A program made the position numbers and the translations under genes. 33,608 nucleotides of DNA from an uncultured Burkholderiales Genera incertae sedis bacterium (GTDB taxonomy: Bacteria > Pseudomonadota > Gammaproteobacteria > Burkholderiales > Eutrophovitaceae). Below the pieces are notes generated by a model. It was not told where the DNA came from. It saw nothing but the letters and a program-made list of their open reading frames with translations, and did not search any database. Where the stretch lies: assembly GCA_905479505.1 (NCBI GenBank), contig CAJQMS010000050.1, positions 1 through 33,608 of the forward strand, written 5' to 3'. This document shows positions 30,130-33,608 of the stretch, piece after piece. Within the stretch, counting starts at the first letter, position 1; each line of letters starts with the position of its first letter.

Positions 30130-30756
30130 TTACTTGGAGTACAACTCAACAACCAAGGACTCATTAATCGTGGAGGATAAATCAGCACGTTGCGGCGCTG
30201 CCTTAAATGTTCCTTTGAGTCCTTTGACATCAACCTCCACCCAATCGGGAAACCCTCTCCCTTCAGCAGCCTCTAAAGCCGCCTTAACGCGTAGGTGAGC
30301 CTTTGCTTTTTCGGCAATCTCTACAACATCACCTGGCTTAACAATGTAAGACGGAATGTTGACGCGTCTACCGTTCACCATCACGCCATTATGCCTAACC
30401 ACTTGCCGCGCCTCAGTTCTAGAAATTCCAAACCCCATACGAAGAGCTACCGAATCAAGTCGACTCTCAAGATCCTGCAAGAGAGTCTCACCGGTAACCC
30501 CCTTCCTGCGGGCTGCCTCCTTGTATGTTTTACGAAATTGGCGCTCCAACACCCCGTAAATACGTCGTATTTTTTGCTTTTCGCGAAGCTGACGTCCAAA
30601 CTCAGACATCCTGCTTCCTTTTTGTCCATGTTGCCCTGGAGGGTAAGGCCGCCGCTCAATCGCACACTTATCGGTGTAACACTTCTCGCCCTTTAAGAAC
30701 AGCTTTTCGCCTTCTCGACGACACTGACGGCATTTTGGATCTGTATTTCTGGCCAT
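30130..30756 (-). CDS. rpsD: 30S ribosomal protein S4
   Basis: 208-aa ORF with MAR...[20 protein letters not shown] and an S4 RNA-binding domain. Confidence 0.97.
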   Translation of the reverse strand: MARNTDPKCRQCRREGEKLFLKGEKCYTDKCAIERRPYPPGQHGQKGSRMSEFGRQLREKQKIRRIYGVLERQFRKTYKEAARRKGVTGETLLQDLESRLDSVALRMGFGISRTEARQVVRHNGVMVNGRRVNIPSYIVKPGDVVEIAEKAKAHLRVKAALEAAEGRGFPDWVEVDVKGLKGTFKAAPQRADLSSTINESLVVELYSK

Positions 30757-30768
30757 ATTAAAAGCTCC

Positions 30769-31158
30769 TTAAATTCTACGTCGCTTTGGAGGGCGACATC
30801 CATTATGAGGCACCGGCGTCACGTCTGAAATACTCGTGATCTTAAATCCAACCGAATTCAATGCTCGAACCGAAGATTCCCGACCAGGACCAGGACCTTT
30901 AATTCGCACTTCGATATTTTTGACACCGCACTCTTGCGCCATTTTTCCAGCTGCTTCTGCCGCAATCTGCGCCGCAAATGGAGTACTCTTTCGGGAGCCT
31001 TTAAAACCATTAGCTCCTGAGGTAGACCACGCTAATGCATTGCCCTGTCGGTCCGTAATCATGATTATGGTATTGTTGAAAGACGCATGAATATGAGCAA
31101 TACCCTCCGCTACATTCTTCTTAACCTTCTTACGTGCTCTTGGTGTGTTTTTTGCCAT
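30769..31158 (-). CDS. rpsK: 30S ribosomal protein S11
   Basis: 129-aa ORF with [19 protein letters not shown] and the C-terminal [12 protein letters not shown]. Confidence 0.97.
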   Translation of the reverse strand: MAKNTPRARKKVKKNVAEGIAHIHASFNNTIIMITDRQGNALAWSTSGANGFKGSRKSTPFAAQIAAEAAGKMAQECGVKNIEVRIKGPGPGRESSVRALNSVGFKITSISDVTPVPHNGCRPPKRRRI

Positions 31159-31213
31159 CCTAAATTTCCATTCAGTCTATGTAATTGTTTCAAATAACTT
31201 ATTAAATAACTAA

Positions 31214-31570
31214 TTACCTTCTAATTGCCCTCTTAGCACCTTTGCGAGTACGAGCGTTGTTTTTGGTATTTTGTCCCCGAACAGGCAACCCTTTTCTATG
31301 GCGAGTACCACGATAGGCACCGAGATCCATAAGGCGCTTGATATTCATGGAGACTTCTCGCCGGAGATCTCCCTCTACGATAAAAGTACCGATTTGTTCT
31401 CGAAGTTTCTCCAAGTCCCCCCCGGACAAATCTCTTACTTTGACAGAAGGCTCAATTCCCGCCTTCGAACAAATCTCAAAGGATCGAGTACGGCCTAAAC
31501 CGTAAATTGATGTCAATGCCACCCAAGTGTGTTTTTGGTCAGGAATGTTTACGCCAGCTATACGAGCCAT
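31214..31570 (-). CDS. rpsM: 30S ribosomal protein S13
   Basis: 118-aa ORF starting [21 protein letters not shown]. Confidence 0.97.
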   Translation of the reverse strand: MARIAGVNIPDQKHTWVALTSIYGLGRTRSFEICSKAGIEPSVKVRDLSGGDLEKLREQIGTFIVEGDLRREVSMNIKRLMDLGAYRGTRHRKGLPVRGQNTKNNARTRKGAKRAIRR

Positions 31571-31608
31571 AATTTATCTCTTCTAATAATCAATTGAGTA
31601 TTTTGTTT

Positions 31609-31722
31609 TTAACCTTGGCGTTGCTTGTGCCTAGGTTCCTTGCATATAACTCTTACAACGTTATTCCGTCGAATTATCTTGCAGTTCCTGCAAAGTTTTT
31701 TCACTGATGCTTTTACTTTCAT
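31609..31722 (-). CDS. rpmJ: 50S ribosomal protein L36
   Basis: This gene is below the size cutoff of the ORF track. My manual translation gives [37 protein letters not shown] followed by a stop. An AGGAG sequence lies 8 nt upstream of the ATG. Its position between secY and rpsM is canonical. Confidence 0.9.
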   Translation of the reverse strand: MKVKASVKKLCRNCKIIRRNNVVRVICKEPRHKQRQG

Positions 31723-31734
31723 AATTTAATCTCC

Positions 31735-33054
31735 TTAACGCGAGGGCGCGGTGCCACCCTTAAAGTTTGTCTTTTTAAGTAAACTTTCGTACTGGTTTGA
31801 CATAGCGTAGGCCTGAACTTGTTGCATAAAATCCATTGTGACAACAACGATAATTAGCAAACTAGTCCCGCCAAAGTAAAACGGCACATTAAAATTAACA
31901 ATCATTAGCTCAGGTATCAAACAGACAATAGTTATATATATTGCACCCACTAGTGTCAGTCGCGTGACAATCTTCTCGATATATTTAGTTGTTTGATCAC
32001 CCGGTCGGATTCCTGGAACAAACGCCCCGCTCTTCTTAAGGTTATCGGCTGTCTCGCGCGGATTAAAAACTAGAGCTGTATAGAAAAAGCAAAAGAAAAT
32101 AATGGCCATTGCGTAAACTACCATATACAACACTTGACCAGGATGCAGCAGCCCGCCAATATCTCTGAGCCAGTACAAATTTTCATTCGTCCCTAGAAAT
32201 TCAGCGAGCGTTGCTGGGAACAATATGATGCTTGACGCAAAAATTGGCGGAATGACACCAGCCATATTTAACTTCAGTGGAAGGTGGGAGCTTTGACCAC
32301 CATATAATTTATTACCAACTTGCCTCTTGGCATAATTAACCAAAATCTTTCTTTGTCCTCGCTCAACAAAAACGACAACACCCGTAATCACGATAACCCC
32401 GATAAATATCAGCAGCACTAGCGGGATGGAGAATGACCCAGTACGTACTAGCTCGAGGGTTCCGCCAACTGCGCTTGGTAACCCTGCTGCGATACCCGCA
32501 AAAATGATCAAGGATATTCCGTTACCAATACCTCTCTCGGTAATTTGCTCGCCTAGCCACATCAGAAACATTGTTCCCGTAACAAGTGTGACTACAGTGG
32601 TGAATCTAAACGCCAATCCAGGGTCCAGCACTAAGTTCGCCTGAGATTCAAGAGCTACGGATATTCCTATAGCTTGAAATGTAGCCAAACCGACTGTACC
32701 GTATCGCGTATATTTGGTAATCTTTTTTCGCCCTGACTCACCTTCTTTTTTTAACTGCTCAAAAGTCGGAACAACAACCGTCATAAGCTGCATAATAATA
32801 GAGGCGGAAATGTAGGGCATGATTCCCAGAGCGAAAATCGTAAACCGCTGTAAAGCTCCGCCGGAGAACATATTGAACATTCCTAAAATGCCGCCTTGCT
32901 GAGCCTTAAATAACTCCTCCAACTGAACAGGATCAATTCCAGGAACTGGAACATGTGCACCTAAACGGTAAACAACCAGCGCGAGCAATAAGAAAAGCAA
33001 CCGCGCTTTCAAATCGCCATACTTGCTTGCCGCTTTATTAGCTCCTACAGCCAA
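31735..33054 (-). CDS. secY: Preprotein translocase subunit SecY
   Basis: Ten-helix membrane protein with DLKARLLF...[12 protein letters not shown] and other SecY hallmarks. The track start (TTG at 33090) overlaps rplO by 32 nt. The in-frame TTG at 33054-33052 lies 7 nt after GAGGAG (33067-33062) and gives 439 aa, close to the usual length of about 440 aa. The choice of start remains uncertain. Confidence 0.88.
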   Translation of the reverse strand: MAVGANKAASKYGDLKARLLFLLLALVVYRLGAHVPVPGIDPVQLEELFKAQQGGILGMFNMFSGGALQRFTIFALGIMPYISASIIMQLMTVVVPTFEQLKKEGESGRKKITKYTRYGTVGLATFQAIGISVALESQANLVLDPGLAFRFTTVVTLVTGTMFLMWLGEQITERGIGNGISLIIFAGIAAGLPSAVGGTLELVRTGSFSIPLVLLIFIGVIVITGVVVFVERGQRKILVNYAKRQVGNKLYGGQSSHLPLKLNMAGVIPPIFASSIILFPATLAEFLGTNENLYWLRDIGGLLHPGQVLYMVVYAMAIIFFCFFYTALVFNPRETADNLKKSGAFVPGIRPGDQTTKYIEKIVTRLTLVGAIYITIVCLIPELMIVNFNVPFYFGGTSLLIIVVVTMDFMQQVQAYAMSNQYESLLKKTNFKGGTAPSR

Positions 33055-33058
33055 GCCC

Positions 33059-33499
33059 CTACTCCTCAATCTTTCCGCCGGCCGACTCAATCGCTAGCCG
33101 CGCACCCTTGGTAACACGTATACCTTTGAGGTGCAGCTTTTTACCGTCCGCTAACTTTCCACTGAGAAAGACTTTTGCTGCACTCACAAAGTTCGGTACG
33201 ATTTGAGCGGCTTTCAAAGCAGCGAGATCCATCACCTCCGCCTCAACCTTGTTCAATTCATCAAGCCTAACCTCCCGAGTATCCGCACCAGTCAGAGACT
33301 TAAATCCTCTTTTCGGCAAACGACGAGCCATTGGCATTTGACCACCTTCGAAACCAACTTTGTGATAGCCACCAGAACGAGAATGTTGGCCCTTGTGACC
33401 ACGCCCGGCGGTTTTACCTTTACCACTACCGACGCCTCTCCCTACTCGCATCTTATCTTTTTTCGCCCCCTCTGCAGGGCTGATGTCATTGAGCTTCAT
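33059..33499 (-). CDS. rplO: 50S ribosomal protein L15
   Basis: 146-aa ORF with MKLN...P..GA...K.RVGRG.GSG.GKT.GRGHKGQ. Confidence 0.95.
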   Translation of the reverse strand: MKLNDISPAEGAKKDKMRVGRGVGSGKGKTAGRGHKGQHSRSGGYHKVGFEGGQMPMARRLPKRGFKSLTGADTREVRLDELNKVEAEVMDLAALKAAQIVPNFVSAAKVFLSGKLADGKKLHLKGIRVTKGARLAIESAGGKIEE

Positions 33500-33503
33500 A
33501 TGT

Positions 33504-33608
33504 TAACCCTCCACTTTCACAAGGTAATCCACTTTCGAGATCATGCCCCGGACAGATGGGGTGTCTTCGAGCGTAACGCAATGTCGAATCTTACGAAGCC
33601 CCAAGCCG
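33504..33608 (-). CDS. rpmD: 50S ribosomal protein L30 (C-terminal 34 codons plus stop; N-terminus beyond the window)
   Basis: My manual translation gives [34 protein letters not shown] followed by a stop. This matches the L30 C-terminus (E. coli: [34 protein letters not shown]). The stop codon lies 4 nt upstream of the rplO start. Confidence 0.85.

Noticed and set aside
30295-30696. 133-aa plus-strand ORF, with similar ORFs at 30356-30559, 30525-30761, 30836-31090 and 31271-31498, over the ribosomal-protein genes.
   Set aside because: They are antisense to rpsD, rpsK and rpsM. Shadow ORFs of this kind are common opposite strongly codon-biased genes, and nothing supports them independently.
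1-33608. Window-wide search for CRISPR repeats, tRNA/rRNA/tmRNA genes, IS or transposase or integrase genes, long direct or inverted repeats, prophage or defence-island content, and frameshifted genes.
   Set aside because: I found none. Every gap longer than about 60 nt is accounted for as a promoter or terminator region between conserved housekeeping genes, and all long ORFs are intact. By-eye scanning cannot exclude short dispersed repeats or small RNAs.

Overview
This window looks like an ordinary, tightly packed core-chromosome segment from a moderately AT-rich proteobacterium. The RpoA sequence, the fmdB-aspS-nudB linkage and the ssb-MFS/uvrA layout suggest a beta- or basal gamma-proteobacterium, but that is inference only. 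I support 30 protein-coding genes, two of them cut by the window edges, and no RNA genes.

Gene content from left to right:
- A large DEAH-box helicase gene, hrpA, on the minus strand at 1-3490. It runs off the window edge and is missing from the supplied ORF track.
- A co-directional 2-hydroxyacid dehydrogenase and amidase pair.
- nhaB.
- lutABC followed by a DUF2062 membrane-protein gene, with a divergent IclR-family regulator.
- pbpG-like endopeptidase, an ATM1-like ABC exporter and a Bacillus-type nadA.
- nudB, aspS and an fmdB-family zinc-ribbon gene.
- A UgpQ-like GDPD-fold gene.
- A 1157-aa fused indolepyruvate-ferredoxin-oxidoreductase-family gene and a TusA-like gene.
- ssb, an MFS transporter and a divergent uvrA.
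- The distal spc/alpha ribosomal-protein cluster: rpmD (partial), rplO, secY, rpmJ, rpsM, rpsK, rpsD, rpoA, rplQ.

Intergenic gaps are all about 200 nt or shorter. I found no CRISPR array, tRNA or rRNA gene, transposase, integrase, phage, toxin-antitoxin or recognisable defence gene. I also found no long repeats and no pseudogenes.

I do not see a convincing novel multi-gene system here. The most unusual single item is the UgpQ-like protein, whose canonical catalytic and metal-binding residues are substituted. The other findings are low-interest annotation or regulatory oddities. Several N-termini in the ORF track are over-extended through upstream TTG codons, and I have trimmed them.
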